Position numbers and translations under genes: made by a program
Notes under the pieces: model-generated
What the model was told of the DNA's origin: nothing
The model's database searches: none
What the model saw: only the letters and a program-made list of their open reading frames with translations
Source: Paramoeba atlantica
Taxonomy: Eukaryota; Protista; Discosea
Direction: 5' to 3'
NCBI GenBank assembly: GCA_977017575.1
Contig: CDRNVI010000032.1
Coordinates: forward strand, 248,001 to 312,000
DNA: 64,000 nucleotides
Shown here: piece by piece, positions 32,194 through 42,573 of the stretch
Layout of the letters: each line of letters opens with the position of its first letter
Numbering within the stretch: the stretch's first letter is position 1

Positions 32194-32634
32194 TTACTGA
32201 GGGCGGTGTTTGTGTCGGTGATAATATCTACGTCTCAACTCCGCATCGCTCAACCCTCCCCGAGTTGTACGTCTTTTTTCTCCTTCTACCCGCTCCTTCT
32301 CTAGCTCCTCTCGAAGCTTGGTGTCGGGGAATGGGCTTTGTCTAAAATTTAGCTGCGGATAGCGGAACAGTACGTTGCCAAGTGCTGCCTTACGAGTAAT
32401 GAAACACCGATTGCAGAGTGTATCTGCCATTATGAATGCCGACTTAGAAATGATGTACTGTTGGCAGGAGGAGCACTGCTTGCGACAGCCTACGCAACAC
32501 ACAATGTCGGGATTCTCACGAATGGCCTTCGGGTTGGCTATATTGGCCAGTGGAAGTAAGCGATTGCAGTAGTTGCATTTTACACTAAAGCGTCCCCCAA
32601 TCAGTTTTAAGAAAGTACGTCTAAACAGTGACAT
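32194..32634 (-). CDS. Small Cys-rich (zinc-binding) protein with mitochondrial-presequence-like N-terminus
   Basis: MSLFRRTFLKL; CNYC, CCVGC, CSSC, CNRC. Confidence 0.55.
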   Translation of the reverse strand: MSLFRRTFLKLIGGRFSVKCNYCNRLLPLANIANPKAIRENPDIVCCVGCRKQCSSCQQYIISKSAFIMADTLCNRCFITRKAALGNVLFRYPQLNFRQSPFPDTKLREELEKERVEGEKRRTTRGGLSDAELRRRYYHRHKHRPQ

Positions 32635-32942
32635 TCAGGATCGTAAATTCCGTGTGATTGTTAACATCCATTATTTGCATGCTAAATGGTGTATCAGTGA
32701 GATACTTTTGTAAATATTAGGAATGCCGTGACACACCAAAAAAGATGAAGCAAATAGTAAAGTGTAAAGAAAATTTCGTAACTGTGCGTACATGCACCTA
32801 TAAAAATGTAATGTACAACAATGTATGTAGCAACTAATGTATGTACTTACTGACCGAGTCTTGTGTCAACTGGTTCCTTCACCTAGCCCTAAGAAAAACT
32901 GTGACCTGCATTCGGGTGAAATTTGGCAGAACGAGTTCAGGA

Positions 32943-34061
32943 TTACCCCCTTTTCCAAAGCGAAACAAAGGGATTGGTTTCTGGTATAGGAATTAAGTTC
33001 CACAAGTCAGGTGAGGCTGAATCCGTGTGTGAGTTTAATTTTTCTAAAGAGGCGTCTAGGGAACTTTGTTCCACTTTCACTCCGAACCTTCGCGGATTGG
33101 ATTCCTGTTTGTCCAGTGTTGTGCTCCCCCGCGAGGCCTCTCGTAGCCACACCGTTTGCGCACGACTCATCAGTTCAATAGACTGAATATAAATGAGTTC
33201 ATCGACCAGGGAGCTCACCACGTACTGACTGATCGCTTGGTCCGGACCCGATAGCATTGCACTTTCTCCCGGACTGGGCATCATAAAGTCACAAAACCCT
33301 AACTTCCCCACCAGGGTGCGTATTCGATAGGCTCGCTCCATCCACTGGCGTCCTTTAGACACCCTACTCCCCTCCTTCACCAAGGTTTCAAGCGAGAGCT
33401 GCGACCAGACAAGTTCCATATTATACGGGGACTCGGACAGCTGCGCTAGAGCGCTGTAGTCATCCGCGGTGCCATAGGGGAACAACCCCATCAGTCGTGG
33501 CACCATAAGTTGTTGAATCACATATGTGCCATTATTCGCCTTGTCATTTTCCACCCGCCAGTCCGCCGTTAGCACCCCTCTTTTCATTAAAAACGCAATC
33601 CCGGATAGCAATCTCTCCCGTCGAATCCGATCCCGCACATCATGACACTTCAACGCATCCCCCGCAGCTTTCCGAAACATCCCCGAGCGGAGCACCCCCA
33701 CCCGATCCCACCGCTCCGGGGGGCACAGCGAGGTGTAGACCAGTTCCAGCGCCCGGTGGTCGCGTTTCCCCACGTGGTAGCCCCAGTAGTTGTACGGTAC
33801 CCCACACAGCACACACCGCCCGTCACGCTCCCATGCGGGGGTGACCCGACGACGGCCACTGGGGAAGGCGGGGGAGGGGAACGTCGCGGGCTCCACCTCG
33901 GGGAAGTGAGCCCGGGACACGGTGAGGTATTTCGCCGAGGGTTGGGGGAGCAAGGAGGGGATGTGGGAGGCGGGGGGCGGGGGAGGGGAGGGTGGGGCGC
34001 TGTTGAGGTGAGAGCGTAGGACGGGGAGGTCGCAGTAGCGGTAGGGGTGGCGCAGTACCAT
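32943..34061 (-). CDS. U1-like zinc finger plus degenerate RNase III-like protein, KREPB (RNA editing complex) family candidate
   Basis: CVLC-x9-H-x5-H finger followed by a helical region (LFPYGTADDYSALAQL...YRIRTLVGKL) with no obvious catalytic acids. Confidence 0.5.
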   Translation of the reverse strand: MVLRHPYRYCDLPVLRSHLNSAPPSPPPPPASHIPSLLPQPSAKYLTVSRAHFPEVEPATFPSPAFPSGRRRVTPAWERDGRCVLCGVPYNYWGYHVGKRDHRALELVYTSLCPPERWDRVGVLRSGMFRKAAGDALKCHDVRDRIRRERLLSGIAFLMKRGVLTADWRVENDKANNGTYVIQQLMVPRLMGLFPYGTADDYSALAQLSESPYNMELVWSQLSLETLVKEGSRVSKGRQWMERAYRIRTLVGKLGFCDFMMPSPGESAMLSGPDQAISQYVVSSLVDELIYIQSIELMSRAQTVWLREASRGSTTLDKQESNPRRFGVKVEQSSLDASLEKLNSHTDSASPDLWNLIPIPETNPFVSLWKRG

Positions 34062-34435
34062 GGGGGAGAGAGGCTGGGGGGAAGGTGGAAAGGGGGAGAG
34101 GGGGTTGTTTTTGGGGGCAGTGGGGGTAGTGGGTTCGTAGCGTGGTAGTCGTTGCGAAGGGGCGCGTGGTGACTAATGATGGACTCGGGGTAGGGGGGGG
34201 AGAGGACTACCTTCTTGGGACGAAATTCATGGTAGAATTAGTATCTCTTTAAGATCATTTGTAATGATGAACTAAAAGCTCGCAAGAGTAAAGCAAAGCT
34301 AAAAATTCCCCCTTCTCTATTTTCAGTCCCTCATTAACTTTAATGTAGTTATTATACGTAAACATAGAACATTTTTATGAATCTATAGACTTTAAATTGA
34401 AAGTACGATTCTCCGCACTGTACTATCATACTGGA

Positions 34436-35116
34436 TCAATCGTGTCTGTAATTAGTATGAACACCCACCACGTGAAACTTATTTTGACCATGTAGACTGA
34501 TAACGTTCATTCCAAAAGGAAGCAGACTTACATCAACTGTACCTTCTAGCTCATTGTCCCCCAAATAAAGTTCTTTCAAAGTTTCAGGAAGACCGTTCAA
34601 CGAAACTGTGCCGGAAAAGTGATTCGTGTTCAACCAGAGCCAAGTCAATCCCAACGGCAAATGTTGAAGATTTAAACTGCCAGAAAGGTTATTTTGATTT
34701 ACGCACAACTGCGTAAGTCCAGCGGGAAGTGATGTAAGATCAAGCTCTCCTGAAAATTTATTGCGGTTTAACCACAAAATCGAAAGCGTTGGCGGGAGGA
34801 CAGAGGGGTCAATACTACCTTCTAGCCTATTATTTTGCAATTTTAGGTCAACGACACTGTTGGGAACAAATGCCCAAGAAAGGTTGCCGGATAAGCCAAG
34901 AGACATCCATTCCAGGCGAAGTATGCTTGGGTCGTTTGTCCGCACGTTGTACCACTTTTGAATGGGATTATCAGACGTCCAAGTTACATGCGCGTTATGC
35001 ACGTTCTGTAAAAAAAAGTTTAGACTAATTTCTGGACTCATAAACGCACGTACTCTTCCCAGTCTTGTTGCAGAACGCGGCGCATCATCCGCAGCAGAAA
35101 TTCTAACTGTCATCAT
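34436..35116 (-). CDS. Leucine-rich repeat protein (dispersed family, copy 1)
   Basis: LxLxxNxLxGxLxLxxLPxxL repeats; ATG at 35116 (track start 35167 is TTG). Confidence 0.9.
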   Translation of the reverse strand: MMTVRISAADDAPRSATRLGRVRAFMSPEISLNFFLQNVHNAHVTWTSDNPIQKWYNVRTNDPSILRLEWMSLGLSGNLSWAFVPNSVVDLKLQNNRLEGSIDPSVLPPTLSILWLNRNKFSGELDLTSLPAGLTQLCVNQNNLSGSLNLQHLPLGLTWLWLNTNHFSGTVSLNGLPETLKELYLGDNELEGTVDVSLLPFGMNVISLHGQNKFHVVGVHTNYRHD

Positions 35117-35315
35117 GTGCCAAGTTGTGAATATTATACCGTAAGAAAAACTACCACAAAAAAACAAATTGTTTTACAAGCCCTGCCAATTTTCTTAAGA
35201 CGAATCAGAGCAACAGATCAAAAGTTCCGATGCCAGGATTTGGTTGTCTTCTAGAAGACGGTTCTTCAAACCCTGCTAGTCGTCTAATACGTACTTTGTT
35301 CTATTTTAATTCGAG

Positions 35316-37031
35316 TTAAACCGTCAACTGTGCAACCGTTGCATTCACCCCGCTTCCTGAAAGCAAGGGCGGTGTGGTTCCACCCTTTCCCAAGAAACCT
35401 GTGCCGCAGCTGTACCCCTCCCCAATCATTGTGTTCCCCAAGTCCACATAGCTCTGCAGCTCCCCTAACACCCGCGCATCCCTCTCCGCACCGTACCACA
35501 ACTTCACCGGGTGAGGATAATCCACCCCCAACCGCGTCTTATGTATCTCCTGCATCTCCCTCGTCATGGCCTGCGGTCGGTGAAGAAACGGCGTGGGGAC
35601 GTTATGTAACTCCGGCACCCACAGCCGGGTGTACCGCCCCGCCCCATCAAACCGCAGCTGGAGCTTCTCCGCGGTCTCATGGGGCCACGGCGCCCCGAGG
35701 TCGAACACCAGCCCCGCGCACAGCGCTGCATTCCCCCAGCACACCCCGGGGTCGTAGTCCAGCAGGTTACGCTGGAGCCACTCCGCGGCAATACGCCAAT
35801 CCTGCTGGAGTCCGCGGACTAGGTACGTAAAAACAGCACGACGCCCGGGGGTAGCGGTGTATCCCGTGCGTGTGAGTTCCCGCATTGCGGCATCCACAAA
35901 CGGAAGCCCGGTAGTGGCGTTACACCAGCGATGCACCAGGTGGGGGTTGCGACCCCAGGAGGAGGGGGGACGGAGGGCGTAGGAGGCAGGGGTGGGTCCA
36001 TGTACAGCGTAGAGCGAGGCACCGTAGCGTCGCAGAAAAAAGGTCCAGTAGTCACGACGGAGCAGGTGGGTAAGGAAGACGCGACAGGACCAGTCGTGTT
36101 CGGAGTTGTGGTCGAGACTGTATTGTGCGACGAGCTCGTAAAGACGACGGGGAGAAATACAGCCGTGGGCGAGCCATGGGCTCAAACGACTGGCAGTTTT
36201 GTGGCCAAAGAGGGAATACCTCTCGCGGTCCGTGCGTCCTGGTCCGTAGTTGCTAATACAGTCGGACTCCATAAATGTTCGAACACGCTCACATGCTTCC
36301 GTTTCTCCCCCTTTAAACATGAGAACCTGACGAGAATCAGTGTCTGTTGGATCATCTCTAATAACAGGCTCTTTATAGCCTAAATCAACCAATGTTGGCA
36401 AGCCTCCTATTTCTAAGACATTCTCGCGTGGGGGACCTGGAAAAACGCCCGTTTTTCTACCATCGAAAGCAAAGGTACGACGTATTTTAGATCGGTAAAA
36501 AAGATCCGCATATCTACGAAACTCTGTAGGAAATTCCTCCACAGGAAGAGAAAGGTCGTCAATATGAAGTAAAGTGCTTCCCCAAATAGTACGCAATGAA
36601 ACGTCCATCCCTGCTTCTTTAATGTTGCTCTGTAGTTTCTGTTGCACTTCTCTTTCCTCTGGGCTTGATGGATCGTGGGCAAAAATTTCGCAACATTGCA
36701 GCTCGCAAGCTAATTTCCCAAGCAAGTCTTCGGGGGATCCAAGTCGTATCAATAATCGATGTTGATGGAGATCCCACAAGGATTTGCGCAAGTCGGCGAC
36801 ACATTCGATTGCAAAACGAGCCCTGCGAGGATGAGACCGCAAAAAGCCGCCTATTTCACTGGCTGCAGAAAATGTTCTTGGGTCAAAGCAAAAACATGGA
36901 TAAATTTGACCCACAAGTTCCTTTGCCCGTCGACAGGCAAAGATGACGGCGTAGTTGTCATGTAGGCGCAAATCTCCTACATTAAACCATAGCAGAATGT
37001 TTCGATACGAACTACCTGCCCTAATCGCCAT
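35316..37031 (-). CDS. Cryptochrome DASH / photolyase-family protein
   Basis: WF..DLRLHDN, FDPR...RARF..ECVADLRKSL, FKGGETEA, SRLSPWLAHGCISPR, LLRRDYW, GLPFVDAAMREL..TGY. Confidence 0.9.
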   Translation of the reverse strand: MAIRAGSSYRNILLWFNVGDLRLHDNYAVIFACRRAKELVGQIYPCFCFDPRTFSAASEIGGFLRSHPRRARFAIECVADLRKSLWDLHQHRLLIRLGSPEDLLGKLACELQCCEIFAHDPSSPEEREVQQKLQSNIKEAGMDVSLRTIWGSTLLHIDDLSLPVEEFPTEFRRYADLFYRSKIRRTFAFDGRKTGVFPGPPRENVLEIGGLPTLVDLGYKEPVIRDDPTDTDSRQVLMFKGGETEACERVRTFMESDCISNYGPGRTDRERYSLFGHKTASRLSPWLAHGCISPRRLYELVAQYSLDHNSEHDWSCRVFLTHLLRRDYWTFFLRRYGASLYAVHGPTPASYALRPPSSWGRNPHLVHRWCNATTGLPFVDAAMRELTRTGYTATPGRRAVFTYLVRGLQQDWRIAAEWLQRNLLDYDPGVCWGNAALCAGLVFDLGAPWPHETAEKLQLRFDGAGRYTRLWVPELHNVPTPFLHRPQAMTREMQEIHKTRLGVDYPHPVKLWYGAERDARVLGELQSYVDLGNTMIGEGYSCGTGFLGKGGTTPPLLSGSGVNATVAQLTV

Positions 37032-37202
37032 GAGGTCAAAAGGGCACACATGACATTGCTTACGTGACCTGTTGAATATAGCAATAAGATTTTGAAGACA
37101 AAAATATATGCATTTAGGTCTACACCTCAGTAATAAAATTTAGTGAAAATGGACTTTACTGGGACAGGTTCTCCCGATTTGGTTCTGAGATTCGATAAAC
37201 GT

Positions 37203-37403
37203 TTAATAAATGTTCTTGCATCTTAGAGGGTGTTCCAAAACACCTGTGCATGGAGTCGAGCGACCGTCAATCTCTGTTTTGAGGTGATACCAGAGATTCC
37301 CAGTGGGATTGTGATGCGGAGGCCACCCCAGAAGCGTAAACGACTCATTAGCAAAGAAGATTTTGTCATTTGGGGTTAAGAGATTGCTCGACTGACGACA
37401 GAA
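37203..37403 (-). pseudogene. Highly deleted Tc1-like transposase relic
   Basis: Stop-to-stop frame reads FCRQSSNLLTPNDKIFFANESFTLLGWPPHHNPTGNLWYHLKTEI, i.e. the IFSDESxF motif fused to WPP..NPIENLW..LK. Confidence 0.55.
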
Positions 37404-37458
37404 TTAGGTTAGAAACTCTCAAGGTACGAAAGTAGTTAAGAAATAAAGCTTCTGCACC

Positions 37459-38463
37459 CTACGTTGAGAGCACAATTCTTTGAGTTCTGTTCATGGATCG
37501 CTCTCCCAATATCCTTATTACACACGGATTAGTCGTAATTTCATTATCCTTTATAATGTCTATATCTGTATAAACAAAATCTTTAGGGTTACATGACGTC
37601 ACGCAATTGAGGGCCCGTACAACGGGACGAATATTTTCAGAAATAGAACAAGGAAGGGAGGATACGCTCTCCCTTCTCCAATCATAGGTTTCATGCTCAG
37701 CGGATGCTTGAAAATTTCGTTTTCCTTTTATATTTTCATCAGCTAGAAGCTTTTGAGCCTCATTCCAAGATATTGTGTGTCGACATTTATCAAAACGTTG
37801 ATTACGAGTGAAAGAAGTAACGTTCAATAGAATTGCACGCAATGGAAGTTGCGATGTGTCATTCATATGCCTTTGAAGGCTTCCAAGTATAGTTTCATTA
37901 CTTTCAGATGTTTGTGCCGGATACGATGCTTGGGAGATAAAGAGCGGTTCTGGGGGAGAAGATTTTGTTACACGAGTGGCTAGAGAATCGTCGTATTGTA
38001 GAGATATTTTTTGTGAATTGTTCTTCATAAAAAAGTTGACACGTGAACCTTCAGCAGCTTGTAGGTAAAGATTATGAAGCACATAACAGTTGAATATAGC
38101 AAGTGCAACCATTATCAATATTAAAAAAAGAACAATCATACCCTTTTCTTGCAGCAAATCTCGAAAACCATAAGGTTTTCGAGGGGCGTATACCCGGGGA
38201 ATTCGGGGATCGTATTGCAGATTAATATTGGTATCTGAAGCAGCGGGGTGAAATCCCCACAAATTTGGGGCTGATACTGTCGGCTCCAAGGAACGTTTTT
38301 TTAAAACTTCGTATGCCTCAGAAATCTCCTGAAATTTATTTTTACACCCCTTTGGAGTATCAGGATGATACTTTCCGGCCAACTCGCGATATTTTTCTTT
38401 TATTCGCTGAAGAGATGCGTCCGTATTCACACCAAGAATCAGAGCAGCTCGTACAGTGTTCAT
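37459..38463 (-). CDS. DnaJ (J-domain) protein with one transmembrane helix
   Basis: ILGV...[14 protein letters not shown]...[12 protein letters not shown]; [18 protein letters not shown]. Confidence 0.88.
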   Translation of the reverse strand: MNTVRAALILGVNTDASLQRIKEKYRELAGKYHPDTPKGCKNKFQEISEAYEVLKKRSLEPTVSAPNLWGFHPAASDTNINLQYDPRIPRVYAPRKPYGFRDLLQEKGMIVLFLILIMVALAIFNCYVLHNLYLQAAEGSRVNFFMKNNSQKISLQYDDSLATRVTKSSPPEPLFISQASYPAQTSESNETILGSLQRHMNDTSQLPLRAILLNVTSFTRNQRFDKCRHTISWNEAQKLLADENIKGKRNFQASAEHETYDWRRESVSSLPCSISENIRPVVRALNCVTSCNPKDFVYTDIDIIKDNEITTNPCVIRILGERSMNRTQRIVLST

Positions 38464-38727
38464 TGATAAAGGCCCAAAGAATATACTTCATCGGGAATTC
38501 ATATAAGCCAAGGACGTAACCATGATATTATATCAACAAAATAGAATTCTTATTTTTAATTGACTTCAATGAATTGAATTCGAGCAAAATATCGTGACGA
38601 AATGAAACTTGCACCAAAAAGGGACCAAAATCAAGCAAAAATGAACGATAATTTCATTAAACGGCTACAGGCATGTCCTTTTTCAAATTGATTTGATCGT
38701 TTTAGAAGTTAGACTGTATTAGCGAAA

Positions 38728-39519
38728 TCACGAAGTTGAACGATAGGCTCCGTAGCTGTACTTAAAATTTTGATTAGGCGCTATAACTTTCCATGCATTG
38801 TGTTGGACATTGATCAATTTCATGCTCTTTGGGAGAGATCTTAAGTCTGCAACACCTTCAAATGTGTTACTCTGAAGCCATAAATGATGAATACCCTCAG
38901 TAAGTCGAGTAAGATCGAGTGACCCTGATAATTTATTACGACAAAGTCCAAGTTCACGAAGACTTGGGGGAAGAGTCGTTAAATCTATTTCTCCGTTGAA
39001 GCTATTGGTTTCCAAGTATAGAACACGCAATTGCGATGGCAGGGCCGTCAGATCTAACCCACCTGTAAATTTATTTCCGCCGAGCTCAAACCGTTCAATT
39101 TTTTGAGGAAGGCTTCTTAAATCTACTGTGATCACCCCGCTGCTGTGGCACTGGTTTGTACAACAGGGGACACTGCTCAATTGGTTACTCCCAACTCGCA
39201 GGGATTGAGTGCTTCGAGGAAGGAAATCCCAGTTTAAAAAACCTTTTAAAGGCGGCCCATGCGCTTTTCTTTTCCACGAATCCCAATCAATGTGTTTCAT
39301 ATGCCCAGAATCGTCACACTGCACGCCTTTCCATGTACATCCTGGTGTGGAATCATTCCACGTCGGGTGTCTACATTCTACAGTATGCAGGAAACGATCT
39401 AACTGATATTCGAGAGGAAGAAGTGATGCCTCAATTTTATGCGCCCTGGCGCGTCGTGGTGCCTGAGAGCAAGAAGTATCCGCGAGTCTAAACACTACAA
39501 TCTCAAGCGGAATAAGCAT
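38728..39519 (-). CDS. Leucine-rich repeat protein (dispersed family, copy 2)
   Basis: WNDSTPGCTWKGVQC cap plus LRR repeats (LYLETNSFNGEIDLTTLPPSL). Confidence 0.9.
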   Translation of the reverse strand: MLIPLEIVVFRLADTSCSQAPRRARAHKIEASLLPLEYQLDRFLHTVECRHPTWNDSTPGCTWKGVQCDDSGHMKHIDWDSWKRKAHGPPLKGFLNWDFLPRSTQSLRVGSNQLSSVPCCTNQCHSSGVITVDLRSLPQKIERFELGGNKFTGGLDLTALPSQLRVLYLETNSFNGEIDLTTLPPSLRELGLCRNKLSGSLDLTRLTEGIHHLWLQSNTFEGVADLRSLPKSMKLINVQHNAWKVIAPNQNFKYSYGAYRSTS

Positions 39520-39936
39520 TTTATATTGACGAACAATATTCTATCCTTTTAATATCCATGTGGCTAGATAACATTCTTACCCTTATTACTTGTAAGTAAT
39601 ACTTATTACTTGTAAGTGCATGCAAGGGGCTGCGGGGGAGGTCCAAACGATACCACGCGAGATTGCGTGAGATCACCCGCAGCCTCTCATGTGTATCGTA
39701 AATCTTTATAACTTGAACATGTATATTCGTGCGCAGAGTTTATATAATTTGCGTTGATGAACTAAGTTGAAGGAATCTCTGCTAACGGAATATTAACGTT
39801 ACCAAAGATAAATATGACTTAGTTTTTGTGTCTGAAATAGATAGATACCTTAAGGAATGTCTCTCCCCAGACACTAATCAAAAGACAGTAAACTAGAATA
39901 GAGTACGATGAGTGTTTCCCATCGAGTACAGTAAAC

Positions 39937-40962
39937 TCATGCGGAAATCGTTTCCCATGCGGAACCCATATTTACTTTCAGAAGTTCCGCTCCCGGACTT
40001 TCCAAATAACTTTTGTCAAATACATGAACGCGCACCATACCGTCCTCTCCCCCCGTTGTGAAGCCTCTCCCTAAAGGATGGAAAGCAACCGCGTTAATTG
40101 GAGAGAAATGCTCACAAATTCCACCTAAATATTTTCCAGTGACTTTATGACAAAACCGGGACTCAAAATGACTCCCCCGAATATTTGTCACACTCTGGGC
40201 ATCCTCCCCGCCACCCAACAACACATGATGTGCCTGAGGCGCCAGATCCGCATCCAGCACGTGTTTCCCCTTTTCGTGCTCATACGTTTGTATCACCTCC
40301 AACGTACGAGAATCAAGCAATTTCGCCGTGGAATCCGCCCCACATGACAACAACGTTGAATACTCTGCATCCCACTTCAATCGGTACGCTATGCCATTAT
40401 GAATTTGAGCTTTACGAACAACCTGCCCCGTGGAGGTATCCGCAACCCCGACCATCCCATCCTCACAGGCGAAATACACCGACTCGTTTGTCGGGCCAAA
40501 CCGTGCGCTACGAATCACACTCTCACTCTCGATCCGTAACGCCGGGACGTACTCCCCTTTCCAAGTTACGGGATCGGGAGGGAGATGAAACAGATTCACT
40601 GCGGGGGTTTGACGAAATTGGGCATTCGTAACCGCCAGCAGGTGGGTGTCCCCGTGACTGAGTTCAACCGCCTTCACGGCGGTGGGCATCTCAACAGCTG
40701 CGACGGACTCCCCGGTAGAGACGCTCCAGAGCCGCCAGTGTTGGTCTCCCCCTCCGGTGGCGAGGAGCGTGGAGGTGTAGTTGACGGCACAGCACCACAC
40801 CGCACCCTTGTGGCCGCGGTAGGACCCGAGCAGGGCTCCGGTGGTGGGGGACCAGACCAGGGGGACGTTGTCCAGGGCGGTGGTGAACAGGAGGTCGCCC
40901 TCGGGGTTGTAGGTGAGGGATTGGATGGATTTGGAGTGTCCGTGGAGGACAAACGTTTTCAT
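39937..40962 (-). CDS. EIF3I: Translation initiation factor eIF3 subunit I (WD40)
   Basis: MK..VLHGH.K....L.YN.EGDLLF, HFSPINAVAFHP.G..F.TGGEDG.VR.H.FD..Y. Confidence 0.92.
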   Translation of the reverse strand: MKTFVLHGHSKSIQSLTYNPEGDLLFTTALDNVPLVWSPTTGALLGSYRGHKGAVWCCAVNYTSTLLATGGGDQHWRLWSVSTGESVAAVEMPTAVKAVELSHGDTHLLAVTNAQFRQTPAVNLFHLPPDPVTWKGEYVPALRIESESVIRSARFGPTNESVYFACEDGMVGVADTSTGQVVRKAQIHNGIAYRLKWDAEYSTLLSCGADSTAKLLDSRTLEVIQTYEHEKGKHVLDADLAPQAHHVLLGGGEDAQSVTNIRGSHFESRFCHKVTGKYLGGICEHFSPINAVAFHPLGRGFTTGGEDGMVRVHVFDKSYLESPGAELLKVNMGSAWETISA

Positions 40963-41262
40963 TGGGGGGCGGGATAAGGAGGAGGAGGAAGGATAATACA
41001 GAAAAAATGAAAGGAAATGTATTTTTGAAAGGGTTTTGGAGGATCATAAGTACGAAAATATTGATAAGGAATCGACAAAAGGGAATAGATAAACAGTGTC
41101 TCGGCTTCTCTGGTACAATACAGGCGTACTGTACTGTAGGGATAGTGAAAACAAAACATAATTCGTGTTCGTAATTCTCAATTGTAAATTCGATACTAAA
41201 TATAATGAAAGCGATATTGCTACACCGAGATCTCCCAGCAATGTCGGCAATTCGAGTTCGAA

Positions 41263-42027
41263 TTAGGAAAGCCCGAACTCATCCGCCATATCGTCAGAAA
41301 TGTCGCTGTCATCATCCACTTCGTAATTACTCCCCGAATCATCGGTGCTCATATCGCTTTCCTCCTCCTCTTCAGAATCACTTGTCGTTTCTGATGACAA
41401 TTCCTCCACACGATCTCCCGAGGGGCTTTTCTCCCATCTGGCCTTCGAACGGCCCTCCTCCTGCATGTTCTGAAGAACCTCATCGATCGGCATTTCGGCT
41501 TCTGCCATCATACGTCTTTTCAAATCCTCCCAGTCCTCACCTACCGCAAACTGCTCTTCATCCTCGGAAGTCTCATCCGAGACGTCATGCCCTGTCGGAG
41601 GCTCGCAAGTGTCGCCGTCACCCCACTTCAGTCCGGACTCCACCAACAGCTCCTCCCAGAAGTGTCGTAATTCCAGAGCCTTCTTGAACTCTTCCCCGGA
41701 TTCGGGGTAATACGCGACGGCGTTGATAAAAACACGATCAACGTCCGTAATAAACTCAGAATGAGAGGCATAGCCTTCCTCGCTAACAATCCGGTCCGCA
41801 ATCACAGAGAAATCGATAGGGTGTTCCACATAAGAGCGGTATTCAGGATGCAAATTGTCATCCACGGGCTTTGAAAACCGTTTATCCGGATCTTGTTGCT
41901 CCAGGCGCTGAAGCAAGTCGCAGTGCAACCGGCGGTCTCCTTGGAGTGCAGAGTTCGAAACTAACGAGGAACCAGTATCCTTTTCGGAAGCCTCTCTCAC
42001 TCGTTTCGTAGGATGTGTTTGGGTCAT
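41263..42027 (-). CDS. Bromodomain protein with acidic C-terminus
   Basis: FSKPVD....PEY...VEHPIDF..I..R....Y.....F..DV..VF.NA..Y. Confidence 0.85.
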   Translation of the reverse strand: MTQTHPTKRVREASEKDTGSSLVSNSALQGDRRLHCDLLQRLEQQDPDKRFSKPVDDNLHPEYRSYVEHPIDFSVIADRIVSEEGYASHSEFITDVDRVFINAVAYYPESGEEFKKALELRHFWEELLVESGLKWGDGDTCEPPTGHDVSDETSEDEEQFAVGEDWEDLKRRMMAEAEMPIDEVLQNMQEEGRSKARWEKSPSGDRVEELSSETTSDSEEEEESDMSTDDSGSNYEVDDDSDISDDMADEFGLS

Positions 42028-42573
42028 TCAAGTATCGAACACAGAAATGTAGGAGACTGTAACGAAAGAAAATCTAAATATTAAACTGATAAAAAAATGA
42101 ATACCCTAGCTTTGGCCTCGGTTACCAAAGCCTGATGGGCAATTACCCCGTGTAACCGTACTTTAACCGTTATCCATGGAGCCGAGGAGATTAAAATGCC
42201 GCATTCTCATGGTCTTGTATGATACCAGTTTGATCCTTACTCGTAACCTCCCTCTCTTACGCTTATAGAAACTTGTACAACGCAGCATAAAAATGCACTA
42301 CAATTCATAGTTCCTTTGATAATAAGTGAGTGGTTGGTATTTATTGTAAAGACACTTTTGTTATGAGTTGTACTATAAATAATAATCGTATGACACGTTC
42401 TCTTTCGTACGTATGCATTAAATTGATATAAAACAAAATATGTGTAGCAATTTTCTGACTTCGAAACATTATGAATTCATGGACGATTAGCTTAAATACC
42501 TATTTAAAAAAGTATTTTCCTGACAAGCACATAGATAATAAGAAATAAGCGTTTTTATCAAGACTTTCCCTTT

